From: Leucoraja erinacea
Lineage: Eukaryota
Direction of reading: 5' to 3'
Length of the DNA: 64,000 bases
Assembly (NCBI RefSeq): GCF_028641065.1
Contig: NC_073383.1
Coordinates: forward strand, 36,642,001 to 36,706,000
Shown here piece after piece: positions 26,190-37,965 of this stretch; within the stretch, counting starts at the first letter, position 1, and every line of letters starts with the position of its first letter. Under the pieces are notes generated by a model. It was given only the letters and a program-made list of their open reading frames with translations, searched no databases and had not been told where the DNA came from. A program made the position numbers and the translations under genes.

Positions 26190-26945
26190 ATGTTAAAGTG
26201 TCACCTAGTCGCTTGCAATGAAGACAAAGGGGCTAGTTATCAACCTCAGGAAGCATGGTAGAGTACACACTGCAATCAGCGCCAATGGTAATGGTTTTGA
26301 GATTCAGATTCCTTTGCGTTAATATTACCTACGATTTGTCGTGGATCTACCACATTAAAACGACAGCCAAAAAGGCACACCAATGCCTCTGCTTCCTCAG
26401 GAGACAGCAAATTCAATGTCTTTAATGTCTCTTACATACTTCAAAAGATGCACTACAGGAAGCAGACCTTCGGGATGCATCTCAGCTTGGTTTAGGAACA
26501 GCTCTGCCCAAGACTGCAAGAAATTACAGAGTTGTGGATGTTACCCAGTCCATCAGACAAGCCAAACCCCCACCATTGACTCCATCTACACTTCCCATTG
26601 CCTCTGAAAAGTAACCAATGTAATCAAAGACTTGCCCCACTCTGGTCATTCCTTTTATTCCCTGTTCCCATCGGGCAGAAGATACAGAAGTTTGGAAGCA
26701 CGGACAGCCAGACTCAGAAACAGATTCTTCCCCTCTGTTTCCTCGGATTCATCTCTATACTATTGAGGACGTTATACTTTGTCTCTGGTACTGGTGCACT
26801 ATATATTGCATTCTGTACCTTCCTCTTTGGCAGAGCTGAGGTACTATTGTACTTGAGTTTGGCTTGATTGTATTTATGTATGGTATTATCTGATTTGCAA
26901 AACATTGTTTTCCATTGTATTTTGGCACACATTACAATAATGAAT
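26190..26945 (+). mobile_element. Degraded Rex1/Babar 3' part
   Basis: FRFL.VNI, KKAHQCLCFLR and AWFRNSSAQD remnants, followed by the 3' UTR. Confidence 0.7.
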
Positions 26946-27779
26946 GTAAAGATCTTTGCATTCCTACATTGCAGTCACTGCCAATGAAAGGGAATAACCT
27001 TCCGCCACCCAACTACACTCACAACTGAGTTTTGGAACTCTAGGAAGGCCAGTAAACTGACTTCATTGTTACTAAGAGGAAATCAAAGGTGCACAATTCA
27101 TATTGTTGTATAGTTCATAAGATTCTTGTCGTTCTAATTATCTAAGAATAGATAATTTTACCGAATCATTATTAAGTTGAATTTAATAGTATGGTCATTA
27201 CATTTATTTTAACTTTAATGGTCTTTTGCTATAGTTAATTAAAATCTTTCCTTCATATTATTTCAGGCTGACAATTTCAGTGAAAAGTGTAGATATGTTG
27301 CAGAGGGAAGGTTTTGGAATTGCAGTGCAGAGACAGTGGTCTGTCTCCATGTGTAACCCTTGTGTTTCTTTTCATATATCAGTCTAAGAGCAGACATTGT
27401 AGAGGTGGAAAATTTGGTTCTGAAGGACCTTGACCTTCTTTCAATTGCAAGATGGAATTGGTGGGGGGGGGGGGGGGGGGGGGAGGGAGTTTCTGACAAC
27501 ATGTGTAAAGTGATTAGCGGAGGTGACCTTGGGTATAGCAGTTCTTTCCTGCCTTTTATTATGTTATAAACTAACTAATCAGTATCCCATGGAGGATCTG
27601 CTGTGCTTTCCCTTGGAGTTAAACAGCCGGAGAGGCTGAGTTGGCAAGTTAGTGGTGGATAAAAATTAAATGAAGATCTGCAGATGTGGGCATTCTGATG
27701 ACTGGGTAATTAGCCGTTGGTGCCAAGAGCCTCAGGAAAGAAAGCGTCCCATGCTTGCATGCAGAGGAAGCCAAAGCAA

Positions 27780-28540
27780 GCTCCACGCAGGAGTTAAAAC
27801 AGCAAGTGACATTTGCCCAACATGAAATAGACAACTAAGATCTCCAGCAAGACAGGTCAAGCAACTAGAAACCTCCCCTTTACATTCACCTATTAATTTT
27901 CCACTATCAATATCCTGGAGCTCACAATTGCCCTGAAACTCAACTGGACCAGCTACATAAATGTGGTGGCTACAAGAGGAGGTCACAGACTGAACTTATT
28001 GTGCCAAATTAATCAATTCCTGACATCTCAAAGCCTTTCCGCCATCAGCTGGGAAGAGTTCAGCAGAGTGATGGAGTATTTGCCCAAATCAAAGCAGCTC
28101 CAACTACACTCTACGCTCCAACTACACTCGGTACAATCACATCAGATTAAACCCTTAACTGATTTTCCACATGCACTGGCTTAAATATGATGTTCTTCTG
28201 AAACAAGCGAATGGTGGCTGTAGTGTGTACTATCTACAAAATACATTATAGTTACTTACCCAGGCTACTATGAAAACACCCTCTAAAACCTGCAACCTCA
28301 GCCATCAAAGACTATACTATGGAACACCACCAAGTGCAAGTTATCCTCTAAATGGCACACCAGATTTGTTGATGTCTCCAGTTCCTCTTCATCGCTGGGC
28401 CTAAATCCTGGAACTCTTTACTTTACAGCTCCGTGATAGCACCTTCACCAGAAGGACTTCAGTGACCGAAGATGGCAGCTCACCACTACTTTCTCAAGGG
28501 CAATTAGGAATGGGCAATAATTATCCTCATCCCATAAATA
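27780..28540 (+). mobile_element. Old CR1/L2-group LINE 3' fragment
   Basis: QVTFAQH, ILE, RVMEY and SWNSL remnants; tail ttctcaagggcaattaggaatgggcaataa. Confidence 0.55.
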
Positions 28541-29169
28541 TGCAGTACATTATAAAACACAATGCTAAACTACTTTAAAGACCGTAAGCTACTTTGGGGA
28601 TATCCTACAGTCGTGAAAGGAAATATAAGGATGCCAGAGCTTTTTTCTGAGCCTATTTGAGGGTAATGTCACAAGCAATCATCTAAAATATATATAGAGA
28701 AGGGTGAAGATATATCAGTGACTGATGAATGATGTCTAGCATTCATGAATTTTAATTTAAGTTCAATTAGAGATCTGACAAAGGTTAATTTATCTCAGAA
28801 TGCTGTATTAAACTCATTGTTTGTCTTGATAAGATGCAGAGGCTGAGGCTCTTAACTAATGATTTCTGCTGGAAGATTTCCATGTCTGGAAGCTTTCTGG
28901 CATGCACTCAGGCTACCCAACTGAAATGCAATTATGTGGTGGCGATACGACTCTTGATTAATGGAATATTTTTGGAGCTCAAGTCATGTTAGTCTATCCG
29001 GTTGGTAGTTCCCTGTTTTCTCACTCCCTCTATTTATAAGTAGAGAGGGTTGCCTTGTTCCCTCCTACAGGAAGAATTCCAGAATCAAAAGAATTAGGAA
29101 GATGGCAATTGAAGCACCTGCTTTCTCCATTGACAATGCTTTCAAAATCCTGAGGTGTAGTTCATTTTC

Positions 29170-29990
29170 CATTTGAGTTTATCGTCATGTGCATGAGCAT
29201 GGTGAAGTACAGATACAATCACAGGCAGATAGACTCAGTCAAGCATGCATAAACAAATCATACATAAATCACACACAAAATTCTAAAAGAACTGTGCAAA
29301 AAAACAAGATATTAGTGCAAAAAAGTATTTAGAAACAAAAAACAAGTTCATGGTAGTGCAAAAGGTGGGCTGTAGTGTCCCGTTGCCAAGGTAGGATTAG
29401 GTTGTGTATATTGATTCAAGAACCTGATAGTTGGAACAAAGCAGCTATTCCTGAACCTGGTGGTGCAGGACTTCAATTTTCTCCACCTCCTGCCTGACAG
29501 TAGCAGCGAGGGGAGATGCTGCCTTCTTGAGGACTTGATGATAGGGAAGGCTGTGCCAGTGATAACGCGGACTGTCCATCACTCTCTTTAGCCTGTTACA
29601 TTCCAGTGTACAAGGCAAAGCTGCAAACAGTCAGGATACTTTTTACAGTAGATCGGTAAATGTTTGAGAAGCATGCTCGGTGAGGTGCTGACTCGCTTTA
29701 AACTTCTTGAAATGTAGAGGCAGTGGCATCTTCTTTGTGATTGCATATATTGCTGGGCACAAGATAGCTTATCCGAGATGTTAATGTCTTGGAATTTGAA
29801 GCTGTTCTCTCCACCAGCGACCTGCCAATAAAGCCTGTTCTCCCAATTTCCCCTTTCTGAAATCGATAATTAGTTCCTTGGTCTTGTTACTGATGAGCAA
29901 GAAATTGTTGTTGCGCCACTCAACCAGGTGTTCTAACTCTGCCCTGTACGGTGGGTCAGATTATCAGGTCCTTGTGATTTCAAGCACATT
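29170..29990 (-). mobile_element. Degraded Rex1/Babar fragment
   Basis: Reverse-complement similarity to Rex1 3' sequence (ctcctgcctgacagtagc; ttgttgttgcgccac). Confidence 0.6.
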
Positions 29991-31436
29991 TGCTTTACAG
30001 TAAAAGGCAAACTGCTGGAGGAACTTAGTGGGTTAAATAGCATGCGCAGAGGCAGAGGTGATGGTTGGCATTGCTGGTCAAACCCCTGGATGAGGACTGA
30101 AGGTGTAGAACAGAGATGGCCAGCGTGAAAATGTGAGGGGGAAGGTAGGAGATGACAGTGAATAGGTGAAGCCAAGTGAGGAAGGGGATGATGGGCAGTA
30201 GGGACCAGATGGGGGAGGGGGGGTGGTGGAGGTAGAAACGGAGGCTTGAAATCAATCAGTGGAGGTGAAAGAGGGATGTAGATATGAGAATCTGATGAGG
30301 AAGTTGATACCTCTCTGTAATTTTTTGGTGAGAGTTTGTTGTTATATGTATTGGCCCCTGAATTATCCACTATTTTCTTGATGTACTCTGGTGTGAAGAC
30401 AGACAGTTCCTTATCCCCATTTTAAATCCGTTCATCTTGGAGTTAAAGGGACCGATGTCCCTCACTTGTTTATTTTCAAATTAAATTTCTCTTTTTATAC
30501 CCTTTGCTGATTTCTGAAACATTTCCAATTGGCTTTGTTCTTTCTCCGATAACTTTATGCCTTTTTCTAAGATTTAATACTCTCTTTAATTTTTCCTGCA
30601 GCCCCCAGATGGAGCATCTGTTCGATTGTGCCTCTGCGGCTTAAAGAAATATATATTTGTTGCAAAACATATTTTTTCCTGATTTCTATAAAGATTACAT
30701 GGGATATCTGCTACTTTGCTGCACCTACGGGAGATCTAATATATCAATGAGAACGAACCAGGCATTTATGATACTTCCCTGGCTGTGGCTTAGCAGAAGA
30801 GAACTTCCTTTGCAACCTTTAACACATTAAATAAATATTTCCACAGAAATAAATGGGGTCAAGGATAAATATGAAACCAAAATCATTAAGATTAACTGTT
30901 TGATGCACAGCCTCTAAAACAACATGTGATCCAATATTAATGTTATCACGCAGTAACGTGACTATTTCTGTAGATGTTCCTACATAAATCTTCAGCTATA
31001 TTACAAACAGGTAAGTTGCAAAGTCTTTCCCTCAGGCAGGACATTCTTGTAAGGGAATTTAGCTCTTTGCCTGGATATTCACCTGAGTCATTAATGACTT
31101 ACATTTGCCCTCAAGAGATTCTGTAACGGATTATGTTCTGGGTGGAATGTGCATTTTACCTGGATTGCATGGCTTTAGAAATTCAATTTGAAGAAGCTTA
31201 ATTTACAGAATATGTTTGCAAATGCTAATTACAATTTTATGGTATTAGTTTTCATAGAAGCCATCATCATGTAAGTTCTCTGGTTTCATCTCTTTTCCTT
31301 TCAAATAAAATCAGCTTCTTAAACTTGTTTTACATGCCAATTTTAAAATACTAGCCATTGTTTGTGAATCTGTTCGTGCCTCACTCTGGTTCCCCACAAT
31401 AGTTTTTGCAACCTTTTTGTTTGTGAGAAGCTCCTG

Positions 31437-31537
31437 TGGGCGGTGGGCGGCGCGACTCATGTCGCAGTGGCCTCTGCAGTCCGTCTGTCTTTTTGTTATT
31501 TTTTGTCCCGTTTTAATGTTTTTTTTTTTTTTTGATG

Positions 31538-31576
<39 letters not shown>

Positions 31577-32283
31577 GGGGAAAACTTTTAAAATCTTTCC
31601 CCTGCACGGAGAACCCGACCTTGTCCCTGTCGGGCCTCCGTTGTCGTTGGGGCCTAGCACCGTGGAGCGGCCTCCGGCAGGAACGACCTAGGTCTCCAGT
31701 CGCGGAGCTGCGGACCTATTCACCATCGTAGAGCTGGCCGAGTTCGGAGCGGGTGGAGCGATGGTGGCGCGCTGCTGCGACCCGACCCCGGGGATTCGGA
31801 GGCTTACCGCAGGTCCGGTGGACAGTGACACCGGGAGCCCGTGGGTCCCTGGTGGGAGACCGCTTTTCGGGGCTTCCGCAACGGCGACTTCACCCGCCCG
31901 AGTCGCGGGGTCGAGGAGTACTTGGAACGGGGCCTTACATCATCGCCCAGCGCGGCTTCAACGGCTGCGGGACTTTGCTAGTGCCCGCCGGGGGCTCTAA
32001 CAACAAGACCCGGAGCAGGGCCTTGCATCACCTGGCGCGGCGTTAATGGCCGCGGGACAATTGCCATCGCCCGCCGGGGGCTTTGACTCTGACATCGGGA
32101 GGGGAATGGATAAGTTTTTTTGCCTTCCATCACAGCGAGGAGGAGATGCGCTGTGATGGAGGTCTGTGTAAATTGTGTTGTGTCTTGGGTCTTTTTTTCT
32201 TGTGTGTATGACTGCAGAAACAACATTTCATTTGAGCCTCTATGAGGTTCAAGTGACAAATAAATTGTATTGTGTGTATTGTG
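31437..32283 (+). mobile_element. Young CpG-rich non-coding retroposon (~850 bp)
   Basis: CpG largely undecayed; internal poly-T and (GT)n; 3' hairpin ttgagcctc-tat-gaggttcaa, then aataaa and (ttgta)n. Confidence 0.7.
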
Positions 32284-32514
32284 TGCTTTGCTTGTCTAAT
32301 TCTGTACAATATCTTCCAATGCCCTGATTTCCACATTTGGGTGTAACCAACCCCTTCATGACCATTTTCAAAGCATTTTGAAAGCATACCTTTCTAATCA
32401 GACCCTTGGTCACAATGCCTAACATCAATTTCCTTCTATCTGATACCAAACTAAGGAAGGATATACTTCAATTCAATGATTCAATGCAATTCAATGTGAT
32501 TGAGAGATTGGTTA

Positions 32515-32762
32515 GGCATAGTCATACAGTGTGGATGCAGGCCCTTCGGCCCAACATGCCCACACCGGCCAACATGTCCCTGCTATCTAGTCCTACCTGC
32601 CAGCATTTGGTTCATATCCCTCTAAACCTGTCCTATCTATGTACTTGTCTAACTGCTTCTTAAATGTTCGGATGGTCCCTGCCTCAACTACCTTCCCAGT
32701 CAGCTTTTTCCATACATCCACCACCCTTTGTGTGAAAAGTTACCCCTCAGATTCCAATTAAA
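32515..32762 (-). mobile_element. CR1 3' end
   Basis: caggcccttcggcccaac...accaccctttgtgtgaaaa. Confidence 0.8.
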
Positions 32763-32789
32763 TTGCATGTGGTTTTCTTTGAACTATTA

Positions 32790-33490
32790 AAGGCCTGTCC
32801 CACTTGGGGATTTTTTGGCGACTGCCGGCGTCATTGACTGACGTACCAGGTCGCCGAAAAACCGTCAAGGTGTACGACAAGCTATGACAAGATATGACAC
32901 AGTTGGCATCAAGCTGCGACAATTTACATCATCTGGCGTCATCATTTTTCGGTACCTGGAACGACCACAACAGCGACAACATACGACAACCTACGACCGC
33001 ACAGACGTCAAACAACGATAACCGAGGTCAACATACGTCCACCCGCGACATAATACGGCAAGATACGACAAGCTACGACACTGCGACATCTGAAGACAAC
33101 AGAAGACAAGTAATATTATTTTGATCCGTATCTTGATGCAGGCACTGTCGCCGGTTGACGTATGATGACGCAGGTTGTCACAAAAGGAATTCGCCGAGGT
33201 CATGATCTTGCAACATCATACATCACCTGCCGTCATCCTGCCAACAACCTACGACAACCTACGACGGTACCTACGACAGGAGATGACAGACAATGTCAGG
33301 CAACGTCAAGCCCACTGTCGCCGCAAGGTTTTGAACATTTCAAAATCCAGCGGCGACAAGAAAAAAGTGCTGACACTTGCGAAGACAGCTCACGACCATA
33401 CAGGCGTCAGGCTGCATTACGCCGCGACCATGAGGCGACAGCCTATTTTTCGACAGTCGCCGAAAATAGTCGCCAAGTGGGACAGGGGCT
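32790..33490. mobile_element. PIF/Harbinger-type MITE, 701 bp
   Basis: TIR aaggcctgtcccacttgg / ccaagtgggacaggggct; TTA on both sides (32787-32789, 33491-33493). Confidence 0.88.
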
Positions 33491-34064
33491 TTAGTTCCTA
33501 AAATACTGTTAATCCTGAAAACACAGATCTCTTTGCTCTACGGATTACCATTGTTGGATGATTCCATTCCCGTCATTCACATTTTTAAGCATTTACGTAA
33601 AATACAGACAAGTTAAAATTACTGGATGACACACCAGAAGCTATTGGTTTATTACTTGCCTTGAGTGAGCAATTAATGAACTTGCTAACTTACATTCTCT
33701 TAATGAGCATGAAATTCCACAAATACATAATTGCTTCATAAAATACCCAAGGCTCAGTATTTCCATAGTTTCTAAGATTTTATATGCAAAATAAATTCCT
33801 TAAACCTCAATGTTTTTAATTAAATATACATCCAGGCCATCTTTTCAGAAGATGAGGTCACAAAATTCACCTCCTTAGGGTATGTACCCTAGTTGTTATG
33901 TGTGCCAAGTTGGATCCATGCAAGTACACACTTGTGAAGGAGTTACGGCACTTTGACTGAAGTACACAACATGGAAACATCGGCCCATTGAGTATGACAC
34001 ACTGTCTATCGATCATCCATTCACACTAATTCTATCTTATCCCACTTTCCCATCCATATCCTAC

Positions 34065-34308
34065 AGACTCATACTCATACATACATTATTAGCCAAGCAT
34101 GTTTTACAACATACCAGGAATTTGATTTGCCATACGGTCATACTAATAAAAAGCACCAGAACACACAAAATACATATTAATATAAACATCCACCACAGTG
34201 ACTCCTCCACATTCCTCACTATGATGGAAGGCAAAAAAAAGTTCAGTCTCTTCCCTTCTTTGCCCTCCAGTGGCCGGGGGCCTCTAACCTTCCGTTGACG
34301 GGACGATC
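34065..34308 (-). mobile_element. 3' fragment of the CpG-rich retroposon family
   Basis: Matches 22850-23080 (taaacatccaccacagtgactcctccacattc..gatggaaggc). Confidence 0.7.
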
Positions 34309-34309
34309 A

Positions 34310-34506
34310 CACTAGGGACAATGTAAAGAAGCCAAGTAAATACACAAACCCACATGTCATTGGGATGTGGGATGAAGTCAAACACCTGGAAGAAACCCAG
34401 ACAGTCACAGTGACAACATGCAAACTTTACTCAGACAGCACCCAAGGTCAGGATTGCACCTCCCACTGTGAGGCAGAACTCTGCTCCCTGCACCACTGTG
34501 CTGCCC
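34310..34506 (-). mobile_element. HE1-like SINE 5' part
   Basis: Reverse complement gggcagcacagtggtgcag head and V-core. Confidence 0.7.
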
Positions 34507-34949
34507 TCTTTTTTAATTCAAAAAATGTATTCAATTATTAAAAATATATATATTTTACTTCGGAGTCACGTAAGTGACTAAGTGAAGAACCCAGCCAGGA
34601 TGCATGCGTGACATATCGCTACATGCATTGCAACGAGTCACGGCAGGGGGAACAACATTCCCCTTAGCGGCAGAATTTGAAAGCCGGGAACAGCAGGTAA
34701 GGAGACTCTGCGTTCCTTCCACTTACCTTACAGGTGGAGACATGGACCAGATCCACGGAGGCTGCGAAAAAGCTGGCGAAGGAGAACCGCAGAGTTGCGG
34801 GCAGCCAGCAGCAGCAGCCAACAGCACGCCAATCTCCAGTAATGGGAACAGCTGTGCCCGATGTCGCTCCCGCACTGGCCATGGCCAGGCGGTAGAGCGA
34901 AGCAAAAAACTTACAGAGTCGTTGACTCCGATGAGTCAACCGCTCTATC

Positions 34950-35280
34950 GCTGCCAATGCCCGTGAGCATTGGGGCCGGTTGGAGCGGCTTCAGGAGCAG
35001 CCGCGAGTGGCCAGTGCCCATGTGCATTGGAGCCGGTTGGAGCGGCTGGGAGCAGGGAACAAGAGCAGCCACGACAACCAGTGCCCGTGAGCATTGGAGC
35101 CGGTTGGAGCGGCTGTAGGAACTGGAGCAGGAGCGGCTTCAGGAACAGCCGCGACGGCCAGTGCCCGTGAGCATTAGAGCCGGTTGGAGCGGCTGCAGGA
35201 AATGGAGCAGGAGCGGCTTCAAGAGCAGCCGCGACGGCCAGTGCCCGTGAGCATTGTAGCCGGTTGGAGCGGCTGTTGGA
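34950..35280 (+). repeat. Tandem repeat (57-80-bp units, ~5 copies) in the DIRS gag-like region
   Basis: Repeated gccagtgcccgtgagcattggagccggttggagcggct. Confidence 0.9.
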
Positions 35281-35771
35281 GCAAATACTCCAAAGTGACA
35301 GGCTCCGGAAGAGGGAGACTAGTCACATTGGGCAGCTGGTAAGTCCTACAGCAGTAACGCTTGTAGGGCTGCACAGTGTTTCTCCCTCATCAGAGGGGAG
35401 TACAGGGGGTCAATTCTGGGCTGACCCTGAAGACGGGTGCAGGACATACCCCTAGTACACATGGATTGCCAGAAAACATATTGGATATGGTGTCCCAGTT
35501 TATTCAACCCGACCAAACTGGCCAAAACCTGGAACCTAAAATAGCTGCAAGTATCAACTACTTGTCATTCAACCAGCTATAAGGACAGGCATTATTGGAC
35601 ACCATAGCAAGACACTTACCATCAGGGAACTGCAAATCACTGAATGTTCCCAGTGTCAACCAGTGTATTTGAAAACATGTCGGAGCCTAAATCAGAGCCA
35701 GGGACTTGAAACTACAGAAAGTTCTGAAAGTGCTAACAGCGGGAATTACGGTTTTCGCCCGCACAATAAAT

Positions 35772-36533
35772 CAGTCATAGTGCCATCAACTGCGCCAGAA
35801 GTGCTCTGTCAACATACCTGTGGCAAGGAACAGAGCGGCATTCTGTTGGGACACACCCTGGTAACCAAACTCATGAGGGGCATTTTTAATGTTAATCCCC
35901 CAAGAACCAGGTACTCCCAAATATGGGATGTGAGCATTGTACTGACCATGTTAAGAAACTGGTCTCCAGCTACAGCTCTGTCCCTACAGAAACTGACTAT
36001 GAAAACAGTCATGCTGATGGCCGTGGTCACGGCACAAAGGGTCCAGTCACTACAGAAACTTAGGCTGGACAACATGACTATTTCATCTGGTAATTTAACT
36101 TTTCACATCAATGAATTAGTCAAACAGAACAGACAAGGGTCAGCAGGCCTAAAAACAGCAGGGCCTACCCGACAGATGATCATCTCTGTATTGTAACACA
36201 CTTACTATTATATATGGAGTATACTAGGATCATCAGAGGGAAAGAAATATCACTTTTAATCAGCTACAAACAGCCACTCAAAACAGTGACAGTCCAGACC
36301 ATCTCTAGATGGCTAAAACAAGTCCTAATAAAGGCTGGAGTAGACACTAGCATTTTAAATCTCACTCCACCAGGGCTGCAGCTACATCAGCAGCTATGAA
36401 GTTGGATGTTCCTATGGACCAAATCCTCAAGACAGCAGGATGGTCAACGGAGAAAACTTTCCAACGATTTTATAACAAACCAGTCATTGAACCTGGAACA
36501 TTTGCAGAAACAATTTTAAGTTCTGTAATATAA
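35772..36533 (+). pseudogene. DIRS tyrosine recombinase, frameshifted
   Basis: WDVSIVL, TAQRVQSL (catalytic R), TISRWLK, SHSTR (HxxR), AGWS and FQRFYNKP (Y) across frames; stop at 36531-36533. Confidence 0.92.
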
Positions 36534-37629
36534 TTTACCCCATAAATAGGGGCTATAATTTGGTGTAAATATATTTATCGTTGAGTTTTTCAATATCGTA
36601 TTGATGTCTAATGATGTTAACACTATTCTCCCCATAATCAAGGCAGATGTGATGCATGGACTCGTTTCCACAGCATGAAATCGCAGAGCTTTAAAATCTT
36701 CACGCAGTCACTCACGTGACTCCGAAGTAAAATGGTAAGATTAAACGAGAACTTACCAGTTTGAAGTTTGATCGTTATTTTATTAGGAGTAACGTTGAGG
36801 GATTACGTGCCCTCCGCTCCCACCCTTGATCATATACTCAACTGGTATCTCTTCTCTAATCTTACTATGTTTAGTCATTACAGTTATCTGTGATTTCACA
36901 CCGCTGCTTTGAAGAATGACACGCATGCGTCCTGGCGGGGTTCTTCACGTAATCCCTCAACGTTACTCCTCATAAAATAACGATCAAACTTCAAACTGGT
37001 AAATTCTCGTTTAATTTTACTATTACACTACAATAAAACAAACCAGACCCACCACCATAATACAATACAAACAAATATCCTTAATAAACTACTATACAAC
37101 TATCTTACACTCCTTGTCAAGGATGCATTCAACACCCTGCAGAGCCCAGCGGTCCCGGAACTCCCTCAGGGTGCCCGTGGATAGTGCATATTCACTTTCT
37201 AACCCCACCCGGGCACGGACATAACCCCAAAAAAGGGTCAGGCAGCTGGCTCGGGTAAAGCCCTCTACCGCCTGGCGCCTTGAGTCGCGGATGGCCAGCT
37301 TGGCCAGGCCTAGGAGCAACCCAACCAGGACATCTTCAGCCCTTCCCTCTCCCCTACGCACAGGGTGTCCAAAGATGAGGATGGTCGGTGAAAAATGTAG
37401 CCAGAAGGCAAGGAGCGGCTGGTGCTCCTCTGATTTTCATTAAGGAACTTAGTGCTCTTTTAACTATGGAAACACACAGGAGGGTACCAATAATACAACA
37501 CCACGGCTTAGGTGTTAATTGACCGTTACCATACCCAATGTGTTTCCTAGCTTTAGAGAGAATTCGTATCATACAGCATGGAATAAGGCCCTTCAGCCTG
37601 CCATGCTGACTATTAAGTACCCACCGATA

Positions 37630-37965
37630 CTTCATTCATGCTTCTTTCATAGCTATTTCCCCTCTGTCATTAGGTTTCTGAACAGTCCTTCCATAAGTAC
37701 AGTCCGATTCTGCTCTACCTCATTGTGGACAATGAACAGTATTTCTGGAACTGGAACGCTACAATGCTCAGAATTATATTCTGCACTCTGTGCCTTTTTC
37801 TTGGCTCTACCTATTGTACTTGAGTTTGACTTGCATTGTATTGTGTTTACATATAGTTTTATCAAATTCGGTTGGATAGGAAGCAAAATAAAACTTTTCA
37901 CTGTACCTCGGTACACGTGATAATAATAAACCTAACCTAACCTAACCTAACCTAAACTAACCTAA
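37630..37965 (+). mobile_element. Rex1-type 3' UTR with a (CTAAC)n tail
   Basis: ttcactgtacctcggtacacgtga..aataaacctaacctaac. Confidence 0.7.

Larger units (their letters stand above)
34553..37024 (+). mobile_element. DIRS1-type tyrosine-recombinase retrotransposon, internally deleted (no RT/RNase H)
   Basis: Left ITR 34582-34613 pairs with 36917-36948. ICR 36697-36732 is complementary to the left end and 36733-36809 to the right extension. Contains gag-like and YR remnants. Confidence 0.93.
34509..37420 (-). mobile_element. Tx1-like LINE 3' end interrupted by the DIRS element
   Basis: ORF 37092-37361 (LLLGLAKLAI..FRDRW); AT-rich 3' UTR resumes at 34550, poly(A) remnant at 34509-34514. Confidence 0.75.

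Noticed and set aside
31437-32283. CpG island or host promoter
   Set aside because: The CpG richness lies entirely within a repeated element with a retroposon tail.
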